A stretch of 64,000 nt of DNA, taken from contig SHMW01000004.1 in assembly GCA_008080735.1 (NCBI GenBank), forward strand, positions 1 through 64,000, in the 5' to 3' direction. The DNA comes from Promethearchaeota archaeon. Lineage in GTDB: Archaea; Asgardarchaeota; Lokiarchaeia; Sigyniarchaeales; SOKP01. Shown piece by piece: positions 9,645 to 19,006 of this stretch. A program made the position numbers and the translations under genes. Position 1 is the first letter of the stretch. The number at the start of each line of letters is the position of its first letter. The notes under the pieces are model-generated. The model was given only the letters and a program-made list of their open reading frames with translations, searched no databases and was not told the origin of the DNA.

Positions 9645-10928
9645 ATGAAGGAAATGAATGGGGAAAGAAGAACAAGATCGAAATCGTATCTTATTTATTT
9701 AATTATAGTGCTAATGTTTTGTGAGATATTGGATACCTATACTACCAATTATCCCAATGTAATACCTTCAAAAGTTATTGCTGAATTTCTTTCTGGATTT
9801 CCCCAAAACGTTGCAGAAAGTATTTTTGCTATTTCTGTAGCGTTCGCATCTTTCGGAATGTATTTCGTGTTTTTTAACCAATTGCTCGCAGACAGATTTG
9901 GAAGAAAGATTTTATTATCTACAACAATGCTCGGAATGGGACTTTGCTCTCTTTTGTTAATCTTTTCGACAGGTATTATTCAATATACGATATATCTTTT
10001 TTTGTTGTATCTATTCTTTAGCTCTGATATTTGGGTTATATACATCAACGAAGAAAGTCCACCAGATAAACGAGGTCGCCTCACTAATTTAGTTCTTATT
10101 GGAGGTGTGACTGGTTCTATATTATTACCCATATTTAGATCTATTTTTATTACAGAAACCTCTCCTGTAGGCGCTTGGAGAGCGATGCCTATATTCTCGG
10201 TGATCTTAGGTATTCCTTTGAGTATTATCATTTTTTTCACCTTAAAAGAAACCTCTAAATATGAGGAATACAAAATTGAAGAAATTACTATTGAAACAAA
10301 TATTTTAAAAAATAATCTTAAAACCATATTTTCGTCAGAAAGAAGAAAGGAATTTGTAGCGCTGATGTTGATTACTTTTCTAGTAGGTTTTAATTACATA
10401 TTTGTATCTATCGGCGAACAATACATCAATAGCAGCCCAAATTTAACAGAAGGAGACATTAACATTATCGTATTGGTAATGAGTCTTGCAGTTATTCTAG
10501 GGTATCTATTTACTGGGATTTTTGCGGATAAAGTAGGGAGGAAACCATTATTTTATATATATTCTATCCTATTTATTATTTCAATTCTCACAGTGATTCT
10601 CGGGAGTCGCTTAGAGAATCTTGCTATAATTCCTGTCGCAATCGGAGCGGCTCTTGCTAATGTTTCTTATTGGGGTATTGGAGTTGCGATTAGGTTAGTT
10701 GTGGTTGAAGTAATACCCACCGATGTTAGAGGAACGGGAAGCGGACTTAAATCTTTAGTAAGTGCATTTGGAATTACCTTTGGTTTAGTGTTAAGTAGTG
10801 TTATAACCTATTTTTTCTCTTTAGAAATTTCGTTCATCGTGCTGAGTTTGCTATTAGTTTTAAATCTTCCCTTAATTTATAAATTCTTGCGAGAAACTAA
10901 GGGCGTCGAATTGAGTGAGATAAAATAA
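9645..10928 (+). CDS. MFS transporter
   Basis: LADRFGRK and FADKVGRK motif A copies; EESPPDKRG; PTDVRGTG; ETKG. Confidence 0.9.
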   Translation: MKEMNGERRTRSKSYLIYLIIVLMFCEILDTYTTNYPNVIPSKVIAEFLSGFPQNVAESIFAISVAFASFGMYFVFFNQLLADRFGRKILLSTTMLGMGLCSLLLIFSTGIIQYTIYLFLLYLFFSSDIWVIYINEESPPDKRGRLTNLVLIGGVTGSILLPIFRSIFITETSPVGAWRAMPIFSVILGIPLSIIIFFTLKETSKYEEYKIEEITIETNILKNNLKTIFSSERRKEFVALMLITFLVGFNYIFVSIGEQYINSSPNLTEGDINIIVLVMSLAVILGYLFTGIFADKVGRKPLFYIYSILFIISILTVILGSRLENLAIIPVAIGAALANVSYWGIGVAIRLVVVEVIPTDVRGTGSGLKSLVSAFGITFGLVLSSVITYFFSLEISFIVLSLLLVLNLPLIYKFLRETKGVELSEIK

Positions 10929-11030
10929 AAAAGCATGCATATGTAAACAGTACAAGGATTATTGAATTTTAATGATATTTAAACAGGATAAATCATTTTG
11001 GTAAAATATTAAAAATTTGAGAAGATGTAT

Positions 11031-11789
11031 ATGTGTCGAATGCTCATTTTTTACTCACTTAAACCAAGTACTATTCCAATCAATTTATTAAAGAAATTCA
11101 TAAAATCATGTCATTGGGGCTACCTTAACAAATATGATTTAATCGGCCATCATAATGCGGGTTGGGGGTATTCCTATCTTCCGCAAAAACATTCTCAAAA
11201 TTTAGTTATCAAAAGAACTTTAACTCCCATTTATCATTCTCAATGGAAAGATCTCGTCAAGCTTAAAACACGATTTTTCATAATCCACGCTCGAAAGACT
11301 CTTCTCGGTGAGAAAAAATTAGAGAATGTACATCCAATAAACATTGGTGGAAAATATTGTATGACTCATAATGGAACGATTAAAATAGATTCGTTTCCTG
11401 TTCTTAAAAATCCATCTCTTCAACATACCCAAGAAAATACTGATTTAGATACGAGAAAGTATTTATGCACTATTTTGGATCATTTGAACCAAGAGAAAAC
11501 TCTTAAAAATGCGATAGAGAGAACCATAAACAAAATTCAAGTGAGCAGTGCTGCAAATGCATTCTTATTTAATGAAAATGAATGTCATATCATTAAATAC
11601 CAAAAAGATACCTATAATGGCCGGCATATTACTTTGTTTATAGAAAAAACACCAAAACAAATACTAATTAGTACAACTCCTTTAAGTTCTACGGCTTTAG
11701 AAATTCCAAACCATGTTTTATTATCTATTCCTAAAATACAGAGTAAGAAATTAACTATTGACTTACACAAACTCACTCTTAATAATTAA
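11031..11789 (+). CDS. Class II (Ntn) glutamine amidotransferase-like protein
   Basis: Second ATG gives MCRML (N-terminal Cys nucleophile); HNAGWG, HARK, NVHP, THNGTI, TDLDT. Confidence 0.85.
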   Translation: MCRMLIFYSLKPSTIPINLLKKFIKSCHWGYLNKYDLIGHHNAGWGYSYLPQKHSQNLVIKRTLTPIYHSQWKDLVKLKTRFFIIHARKTLLGEKKLENVHPINIGGKYCMTHNGTIKIDSFPVLKNPSLQHTQENTDLDTRKYLCTILDHLNQEKTLKNAIERTINKIQVSSAANAFLFNENECHIIKYQKDTYNGRHITLFIEKTPKQILISTTPLSSTALEIPNHVLLSIPKIQSKKLTIDLHKLTLNN

Positions 11790-11874
11790 ATTGAAGTTTA
11801 ATAATAATCTTATTTAGTTTTAGAGTATTTTTCTAAACAATTAGTAATCTTTTTAATTATTTTCGTGAATTCAA

Positions 11875-13059
11875 ATGGTTTCTAGGCGCTTAAAGGATTT
11901 GGAATACGCTATAAGAGATATCGCTGTCGTGGCAAACGAGGTGCAAAAAACTGGTAAGAAGATTTACCATCTTAATATTGGGGATCCGGTTATCTTTGAT
12001 TTCAAGACACCCCAATATATCTCTCAAGCGTTAGCCGATGCCACATTCGCGGGACAAAATTTCTATGTTGATTCTTTAGGAGTCCCAGAGTTAAGAAAGG
12101 AAGTATGTCGTTATGAAAAAGCGAAAAATTCGATTGAAATTACCCCAAATGATATATTGATTACCAGTGGTGTCACAGAAGGTATTTTTTTCCTTTTAGC
12201 AGGATTATTAGAAGACAATAATGAAATCCTTGTACCAGGTCCCACATATCCTATATATATAAACTATGCAAAATTTTTTGATGGAAATCCAATCGAATAT
12301 GAATTAGATGAGGAAAATGAGTGGGAACCCGACGTAGATGATTTAAGGAGTAAAATAACCGAAAAAACTACTGCGATTCTCATCAGTTCCCCTAACAACC
12401 CTACCGGTGTTTTGTATGATACAAAAAAGATAAGACAGATAATTGATTTAGCCGGAGAGTATGATTTACCAATTATTTCTGATGAAATTTATGATCAGAT
12501 CGTGTTTGAGAAAGAATATACTTGTCCTGCAACTCTAAGTAAGGATGTGCCAATTATAGGACTAAATGGCTTTTCTAAGGCGCATTTAGCTACTGGTTGG
12601 CGATTAGGATATATGTATTTTAATGATCCTACGGGGAAATTGAAACCTCTAAAGGAGGGTATAGAAAAGATGGCGAGAGCGAGACTCTGTGCGAATTCTA
12701 TAGCTCAATTTGCAGCAATAGAAGCGCTTAAGAACCCAGGACCTCATACCGATAGTATGGTGGAAAAGTTAAGAGAAAGAAGAGACTATTCCTATAAACG
12801 TCTTCGACAGATTGAAGGATTGGAGTGTAAGAATGCGGATGGAACTTTTTATTTGTTTCCTAAAATTCTTTTAAATGAATTTCCAAAATGGAATACGGAT
12901 AAAGAATTTGTAATTGAACTGTTGAAAGGAACCGGCATTTGTACGGTTTATGGTTCTGGTTTTGGGTCCTATGGAAAAAACCACTTTAGATTAACGTTTC
13001 TTCCGGAATTAGAAGTATTAGAAACGGTTTATAATCTTCTGGAAAATTTTATTCAATAA
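11875..13059 (+). CDS. PLP-dependent class I/II aminotransferase (alanine aminotransferase-like)
   Basis: YAIRDI, LNIGDP, PNNPTG, SDEIYD, FSKAHLATGWRLG. Confidence 0.9.
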   Translation: MVSRRLKDLEYAIRDIAVVANEVQKTGKKIYHLNIGDPVIFDFKTPQYISQALADATFAGQNFYVDSLGVPELRKEVCRYEKAKNSIEITPNDILITSGVTEGIFFLLAGLLEDNNEILVPGPTYPIYINYAKFFDGNPIEYELDEENEWEPDVDDLRSKITEKTTAILISSPNNPTGVLYDTKKIRQIIDLAGEYDLPIISDEIYDQIVFEKEYTCPATLSKDVPIIGLNGFSKAHLATGWRLGYMYFNDPTGKLKPLKEGIEKMARARLCANSIAQFAAIEALKNPGPHTDSMVEKLRERRDYSYKRLRQIEGLECKNADGTFYLFPKILLNEFPKWNTDKEFVIELLKGTGICTVYGSGFGSYGKNHFRLTFLPELEVLETVYNLLENFIQ

Positions 13060-13131
13060 ACTTCGCACTTACCTTTAGGAAACTGAAAACTCTAAAATTT
13101 GTGGAAATTCCATTCATAATCTTCAAAAATT

Positions 13132-13546
13132 AATAGAGCTCTTGATATTCTTCTACTTTTTTATTGTATTTTTCTCGATATGGAGCTTTTTTAAATTCTC
13201 TCAGCTGATCCCATATGCGACGATCAATTTTAAGAGGTTCTTCTTTATTGCGAAACATTTTAAATTACTCTTTTTTGTAGTTTTTTTTCTTACTTCTTTG
13301 GTGGATAGTATTAAATAAAATAATTAAGGAGCCCAATTTTTGAAAATACGGTTTTTTTAATGGTCTTTGCCAATCACAACTATTATGAATATCGCATTTA
13401 TATGCCCATTTTGATGGATTTAAATCAATATTGTATAAAATTCTGTCCAGAGGGTTTTTGCTTAGAGATACTTCAATCCTTAATGATATCTGGAGATTTC
13501 TGGTGAATTTCCCCTGAATGTCTTCATTTTTTTTAATTGTTTTCAA
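13132..13546 (-). pseudogene. Degraded gene fragments of unknown family
   Basis: 93-aa TTG-start ORF followed by another short open stretch (REPLKIDRRIWDQLREFKKAPYREKYNKKVEEYQELY*); no family recognised. Confidence 0.3.
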
Positions 13547-13606
13547 ATCTTTTAGAATCTTACAAAGAATGATATTATATACTTTAGAATTTTTAGTTAT
13601 ACTATA

Positions 13607-14980
13607 ATGGTTAAAATTGCGTTTATTGGAGCGGGTTCTTTGGTTTTTGGAAAAAATTTACTCACAGATCTCTTTTTGTTTCCTAGGTTAAGGAAGAATT
13701 TGGTTTTATGTTTGGAAGATATCCATCCTGAACGATTAGATTTAATATTTCGCTATGTTAAAAAGTTCAAAGAAGATTTTTTTGATGATCAGAACATATC
13801 TATTGAAAAAACCACCAATCAGAAGAAAGCTATTACAGATGCTAAATACATAATCAACGCAATCCATGTGGGTGGACTTGATGCTTTTAAACTTGATGTG
13901 GAGATACCATTTAAATATGGTGTTTCGCAAGCAGTAGGAGATACTATAGGTCCTGGTGGGGTGTTCCGTTTTTTACGTGCGACAAATGCTCTTAAATCCA
14001 TTTTGCAAGACCTCGAGGAAGTAGGACTTAATGCGACAAATAAGGGCTTAAAATCCATCCTTTTAAATTATGCTAATCCTATGGCAATGAACACATGGTA
14101 TTGCAATACACTCCTTCCCGATTCAACAATAGGGTTATGTCATGGCATCCAAAGCACGGCGAACTTACTTCGTAAATGGGCAAAATTACACCCCGAAAAT
14201 TTTAGTTTTTTTTGCGCTGGCATTAATCATATGGCATGGTTCCTTGAAGTTAGATATAGAGATCCATCAAATCCTTCCGGAATTTGGAAAGACGCATATC
14301 CATTAATTTATCAAACACTTGAAACAGAACCCAGTAAAGGAGAAGCCGAAAAGATTCGAATTGATATGATGAAATCCACGGGAGGGTATTTTATGACAGA
14401 ATCATCTAGGCATTTGAGTGAATATGTTCCATATTACCGAAAATTGCCAAATTTTAAGGAGAAGTTCCAAGGAAAACTCACTGGAGTCTTAGGACAAGCA
14501 GATGACTATTCAATGCAACTAAGACGTCAAGGGAGATTTGAAAAAAAATTAGAAAAAGCATTAAAACGACCGAAACTTTCAGCAAAAAATAGTCCATCAG
14601 ATGAATATGCGCCTCATATAATTAATGCTATGGAAGGAAATATTCCTTTTCGATTCAATGGAAATATTATGAATACAGAACAAAGCTTAATCACCAATCT
14701 TCCCAGAGATTGTTGCGTTGAAGTGCCAATCTTTGCGGATAAGCACGGGATCCACCCTCAAGGAGGGATATCCCTACCAACTGTATGCCAAGCATTGTGT
14801 ATCTCAAATATTATGGTTCAAAAAGCAGCGGTCGAAGGTGCACTTGAGTTTAATAAGGAAAAAATTTATCATGCGATATTACTAGATCCAAACAGCGCCA
14901 GTGTTTGTTCGACGACTGAGATTTATGAAATGGTGGAAGAAATGTTTGAAGCTCAAGCAAAGTGGATACCTCAATTCTAG
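13607..14980 (+). CDS. GH4 NAD-dependent glycoside hydrolase (alpha-galactosidase-like)
   Basis: KIAFIGAGS, GDTIGPGG, LLNYANPM, GLCHG, GINHMAW, TESSRHLSEYVPY. Confidence 0.9.
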   Translation: MVKIAFIGAGSLVFGKNLLTDLFLFPRLRKNLVLCLEDIHPERLDLIFRYVKKFKEDFFDDQNISIEKTTNQKKAITDAKYIINAIHVGGLDAFKLDVEIPFKYGVSQAVGDTIGPGGVFRFLRATNALKSILQDLEEVGLNATNKGLKSILLNYANPMAMNTWYCNTLLPDSTIGLCHGIQSTANLLRKWAKLHPENFSFFCAGINHMAWFLEVRYRDPSNPSGIWKDAYPLIYQTLETEPSKGEAEKIRIDMMKSTGGYFMTESSRHLSEYVPYYRKLPNFKEKFQGKLTGVLGQADDYSMQLRRQGRFEKKLEKALKRPKLSAKNSPSDEYAPHIINAMEGNIPFRFNGNIMNTEQSLITNLPRDCCVEVPIFADKHGIHPQGGISLPTVCQALCISNIMVQKAAVEGALEFNKEKIYHAILLDPNSASVCSTTEIYEMVEEMFEAQAKWIPQF

Positions 14981-15102
14981 GAACAAAAAAAAACTCTTTT
15001 TCTCTACTTAATAATGATCATTTTTATAGGCAAAATATTAAAAAATTAAATGAATAGAAATTCCATTTTTTTAAGCTTTCAAAGTTAAATAATAAGGTTT
15101 AG

Positions 15103-16716
15103 TTAGACTGACTTTACTTTAACGATCTTGTTCAACCCCTTTAAAAGAGCTAAGACTGAGCTCATTACGATATCCTCGTGAGTAGCGCTGGAACGGACAA
15201 TGTTATTGGTTTCCACATCCATAAGTTCAATGGATACATGGCCAAGAGCTTCTGTTCCGCCCGTGACCGCATCGATGTTATAGTCGAGTAGTTGGATTTT
15301 GTTCATCGGTTCGAAACATTTTACTATCGCTTTAACGGACGCATCAACAGGACCAACCCCGACAGAAGATGCCGTACGGGAAGCAAAATCTCCATTATTT
15401 CTAATTTTCAATCGTACCGTCGAAGTAGGAGTGACAGAGCCTGTTAATACCGTTAACTCATCTAGGATAACGAATTGTTCTTCTTTAGGCAACTCACCCA
15501 TTACATCTTTTACGATGGCGAGGAAGTCTTCTTCACTAACTTCGTGTCCTTTATCTCCGAAACTCTTCACATGTTCAAAAATGTTCTTAAATTGATCTTC
15601 GGTTGTATATATCCCCAAATCTTCTAACTTTGCTTTCAAAGCGTGACCTCCAGAGTGCTTGCCTAATTTAATCGAGCTCCGTACAATCTGCTCAACATCA
15701 TCTGACCTTTTAATCCCGATCAATTCGGGGGTAATTGGTTCGTATGAACGAGCATTTTTAATCATAGCATGGGCATGGATTCCCGATTCATGAGCAAACG
15801 CATTTTGACCAATTAGGGGTTGAAGTCTCCCAATTTTTATTTTTCCACCACAATAGCTTTCCACTAATTTGGCAGTAGGAAAAATCAGTCGTGTATTAAT
15901 ATTCATTGGAACTTGATAGAGCGCGTAAAGGGACATAGCAGTTTCCTCAAATGAAGCATTTCCCGCGCGCTCTCCTAGTCCCATGATTGTAGTTTGTGCT
16001 TCTGAAGCGCCATTCTCGAACCCTGCGATAGTATTTGCTACAGCTAATCCAAAATCATTATGACAATGGACTGCGATTCGGATATCTTTTGGCAGGGTTT
16101 CATAATTCTTTCTTACAATATAACCAAATGCGTGTGGACTGATAGTTCCAACTGTGTCCGGAATGTTTACCCGAGTTGCGCCATGGTCTACTGCGGTTTG
16201 GTTTGCTTGTATTAAGAAATCCAAATCAGATCGAGTTGCGTCTTCGGCTGAAAATAAAACTTGATCATAATGCTCGTTTGCATACGAAACATTTTCCCGA
16301 ATGCTCTCAATTACTTCTTCTTTGCTCATGCGTAGTTTTTCTTTCATATGGAGGTCGGATGTTGCGATAAATACATGGATACTGTCCATATCAGCCTCTA
16401 TCACTTTATCGATATCTAATTTTTTCATACGGGCTAATCCCATTACTTCAGAATCTAATCCTAATTGTGCAATATCTTTACAAGCCGCAAAATCTCCTTC
16501 AGAAATGACGGGAAAACCCGCTTCAATAATGTCGATACCCAATTTATCAAGGGCTTGTGCTATTGAAAGCTTTTCTTCATGCGTAAAACTGATTCCCGGT
16601 GTCTGCTCCCCGTCCCGCAAGGTCGTATCGAAGAAATATGCCTTATCTGGAAGGTGAAGAGACTTCCGTAGCTTTCCCATCATCGTCGAAACACTTATTT
16701 CCTTTTTTTCTATCAT
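15103..16716 (-). CDS. leuA: 2-isopropylmalate synthase (citramalate synthase not excluded) with C-terminal regulatory domain
   Basis: DTTLRDGEQ, HCHNDFG, GERAGNA, AHESGIH, GKHSG, GVGPVDA; the upstream Leu-rich leader favours LeuA. Confidence 0.85.
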   Translation of the reverse strand: MIEKKEISVSTMMGKLRKSLHLPDKAYFFDTTLRDGEQTPGISFTHEEKLSIAQALDKLGIDIIEAGFPVISEGDFAACKDIAQLGLDSEVMGLARMKKLDIDKVIEADMDSIHVFIATSDLHMKEKLRMSKEEVIESIRENVSYANEHYDQVLFSAEDATRSDLDFLIQANQTAVDHGATRVNIPDTVGTISPHAFGYIVRKNYETLPKDIRIAVHCHNDFGLAVANTIAGFENGASEAQTTIMGLGERAGNASFEETAMSLYALYQVPMNINTRLIFPTAKLVESYCGGKIKIGRLQPLIGQNAFAHESGIHAHAMIKNARSYEPITPELIGIKRSDDVEQIVRSSIKLGKHSGGHALKAKLEDLGIYTTEDQFKNIFEHVKSFGDKGHEVSEEDFLAIVKDVMGELPKEEQFVILDELTVLTGSVTPTSTVRLKIRNNGDFASRTASSVGVGPVDASVKAIVKCFEPMNKIQLLDYNIDAVTGGTEALGHVSIELMDVETNNIVRSSATHEDIVMSSVLALLKGLNKIVKVKSV

Positions 16717-16807
16717 ACTAATTTACCTATTTGTGATTGTTTTATTTTATACCCCCATTATTCATAAGAGTTAAAGCCTCAGATTCTTATAGAACAATTG
16801 AGGGTTT

Positions 16808-16918
16808 TTATAATAATAAAAGTAAGCCTAACACACATAACAATAAACTTAAGGATTCTAAATGCTCCAAATTAGAATAGAGAAAACCTTTCTTTGTTAT
16901 ATTTTGAAGCATTTTCAT
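16808..16918 (-). promoter_or_regulatory. Leu-rich leader peptide (uORF) upstream of leuA
   Basis: MKMLQNITKKGFLYSNLEHLESLSLLLCVLGLLLLL*; 14 Leu in 36 aa, ending in five consecutive Leu codons, about 90 nt before leuA. Confidence 0.7.
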
Positions 16919-17035
16919 GATAAAATTCCTTTCCGTTTATAGTATATTAAATAAGAAGTCAGAATATCTTAAAAAATTTCCCGATTTTTTTTAGAAGATA
17001 TAAGATTAGCTCGGGGTTATAAATCCAATATTGAT

Positions 17036-17812
17036 TCATAGTGGAACAACTTCAATATTAATGCCCATATTTTTGAGTTTTTCAATAAAATCAGTGGGCG
17101 CAGCCTCATCGGTAATTAGAAAATCAATTTCATCTATCTTAAAAAAGGTGGTGAGTGAATGTTTGCCAAATTTATTTGAATCAATGAGCACTATTACCCT
17201 TTTTGCTTTTTCACACATTATTCGTTTCACATTCATGTCAAGAGGGTTTGGATCCATTAATCCGTTATCTAAGGAGATTCCAAACGCACTTACAAAAGCC
17301 GTATCAACTTGATATTTTTGTATATATTCCTCTGCATCAGGGCCTACAAAGGTAAAGGAGGGTTTTCTTAATATCCCTCCAAAAGATATTACATTTAATT
17401 TAGGGATATGATTCGAAGCTCTATTCAATGTGTATAATCCATTTGTGAGAATGGTAATATTTTCGTATTTTTTCAGATATGGGATCATTTCTAAAACAGT
17501 AGTCCCGCCATCTAAGAAGAGAATCTCATTATCATTTACATAATTATTTGCGGCATAATGAGCTATTGCTTCTTTTTCCTTTGAGGATGCCTTGCTTCTT
17601 AATTTAAATTCCTTCTCTTCAGGATTTAGTTTATCGAGTCGCATTGCACCGCCATGTACTCTGGCAAGAAATCCTTTTTCCTCGAGGAGTTTCAAATCTT
17701 TCCAGATTGTAATTCTTGAGACATCAAACATATTTGTCAGTTCTTCGATTGTTACACTTCCCTGCTTTTTGACTAAGTTAGCGATTCGATTTCTTCTCTC
17801 TCTTGCCAACAT
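17036..17812 (-). CDS. DeoR/GlpR family transcriptional regulator
   Basis: ERRNRI..VSRITIWKDLKLLE..RVHGGA; FLDGGTT; ILTNG; IDSNKFG. Confidence 0.95.
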   Translation of the reverse strand: MLARERRNRIANLVKKQGSVTIEELTNMFDVSRITIWKDLKLLEEKGFLARVHGGAMRLDKLNPEEKEFKLRSKASSKEKEAIAHYAANNYVNDNEILFLDGGTTVLEMIPYLKKYENITILTNGLYTLNRASNHIPKLNVISFGGILRKPSFTFVGPDAEEYIQKYQVDTAFVSAFGISLDNGLMDPNPLDMNVKRIMCEKAKRVIVLIDSNKFGKHSLTTFFKIDEIDFLITDEAAPTDFIEKLKNMGINIEVVPL

Positions 17813-18093
17813 AGATTATACAACCACCTTTTTCTTAGAAATTATTAATTTTCTGATTTTACCCGAATTTTTTAACATACCAAATTTTTGGTTAATATGG
17901 GTTGAATGTATCTTTTTTAGCACTTAGATATTCGCTTTCTTACAGAAAATTATTCAATTCCTATCTAATCATTATTTCACATCAATTTTAATATTTCCTA
18001 AAAAGACAAAGATTTACTCTCTTCACATCAACCAAACGTGATTTAGTGTAGAATTTTTTATGGTTTCTTTTCAAGAATCAAACTCAAATATCA

Positions 18094-19002
18094 TTACTCG
18101 TTCACAATAACATCAAATGATTGGCTTTTCAGCTGTTCCACGATCTTTTCTATTTTATCTTCTCTTAATTCACCCATATCATGATATTCATCTTTCTTCC
18201 CAATTTTCTCATATTTTGTCTTAGCCATACGATTATAGGGCATCAAATGAACTGAACCAGTAAATCTTATCTCTTTCAAGAAGTCAATTATTCCTTGAAT
18301 CGTTTTTTGATCGGTGTTGAAACCGGGGATTAAGGGAATTCGACATATGATTCTCTCAGGACCCACTAGTTTATATATCCGATGAAAGTTATATAAAATG
18401 TTCTCATTACTAACCCCAGTATAATGTTCGTGTAAATCGGCTTCTATGTGCTTAATATCGAATAGAAATAAATCAGCGACAGAAACCAATTTATCCACCA
18501 TTTCTGAATTGAAATATCCGCATGTTTCGATAGCGGTATGAATTCCCTCCTTTTTTACATTCTTAAGTAAATTCATAAGAAATTCTTTTTGCATCGTAGG
18601 CTCTCCTCCCGAAACAGTTATTCCTCCACCAGAATTATCATAAAAAGGCTTATCTCGGAGAATAATCTCAATTATATCTTGAATACTCTTTTCTTCCCCA
18701 ATAATCTCCATTACATTATTAGGGCAAATTTTAACGCAAGCTCCACATTTTTTACATAGCTTTTTTTCTCTAATTATTCGATTATCTGAAAGTATTAACG
18801 CATTTTCCGGGCAGATTTCGACACATTTACCACATAATCCACATTTTTCTTGAAAATAAGCCAATTGAGGTTCTAATTGTTGGGACTCAGGATTCTGACA
18901 CCAAATACAACTAAGAGGACACCCTTTCATGAACACTATAGTTCGAATTCCGGGACCATCATATATGGCATATTGCTGTATATCAAAAATAATACCATTC
19001 AT
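18094..19002 (-). CDS. Glycyl-radical enzyme activating enzyme (radical SAM with 2x[4Fe-4S] insert)
   Basis: DGPGIRT..KGCPLSCIWCQNPE, two CxxCxxCxxxC motifs, GGITVSGGEP; likely start MNGIIFDIQQ at 19002. Confidence 0.95.
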   Translation of the reverse strand: MNGIIFDIQQYAIYDGPGIRTIVFMKGCPLSCIWCQNPESQQLEPQLAYFQEKCGLCGKCVEICPENALILSDNRIIREKKLCKKCGACVKICPNNVMEIIGEEKSIQDIIEIILRDKPFYDNSGGGITVSGGEPTMQKEFLMNLLKNVKKEGIHTAIETCGYFNSEMVDKLVSVADLFLFDIKHIEADLHEHYTGVSNENILYNFHRIYKLVGPERIICRIPLIPGFNTDQKTIQGIIDFLKEIRFTGSVHLMPYNRMAKTKYEKIGKKDEYHDMGELREDKIEKIVEQLKSQSFDVIVNE

Positions 19003-19006
19003 ATTT

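Noticed and set aside
13979-14065. Imperfect internal repeat in the GH4 gene (ATNALKSIL / ATNKGLKSIL)
   Set aside because: Short, in frame and unstructured; at most a small old duplication.
15676-15710. Apparent ~10-aa insertion (SDDVEQIVRS) in LeuA as another hidden intron
   Set aside because: No hairpin, shared loop or BHB pairing; probably a normal loop extension.
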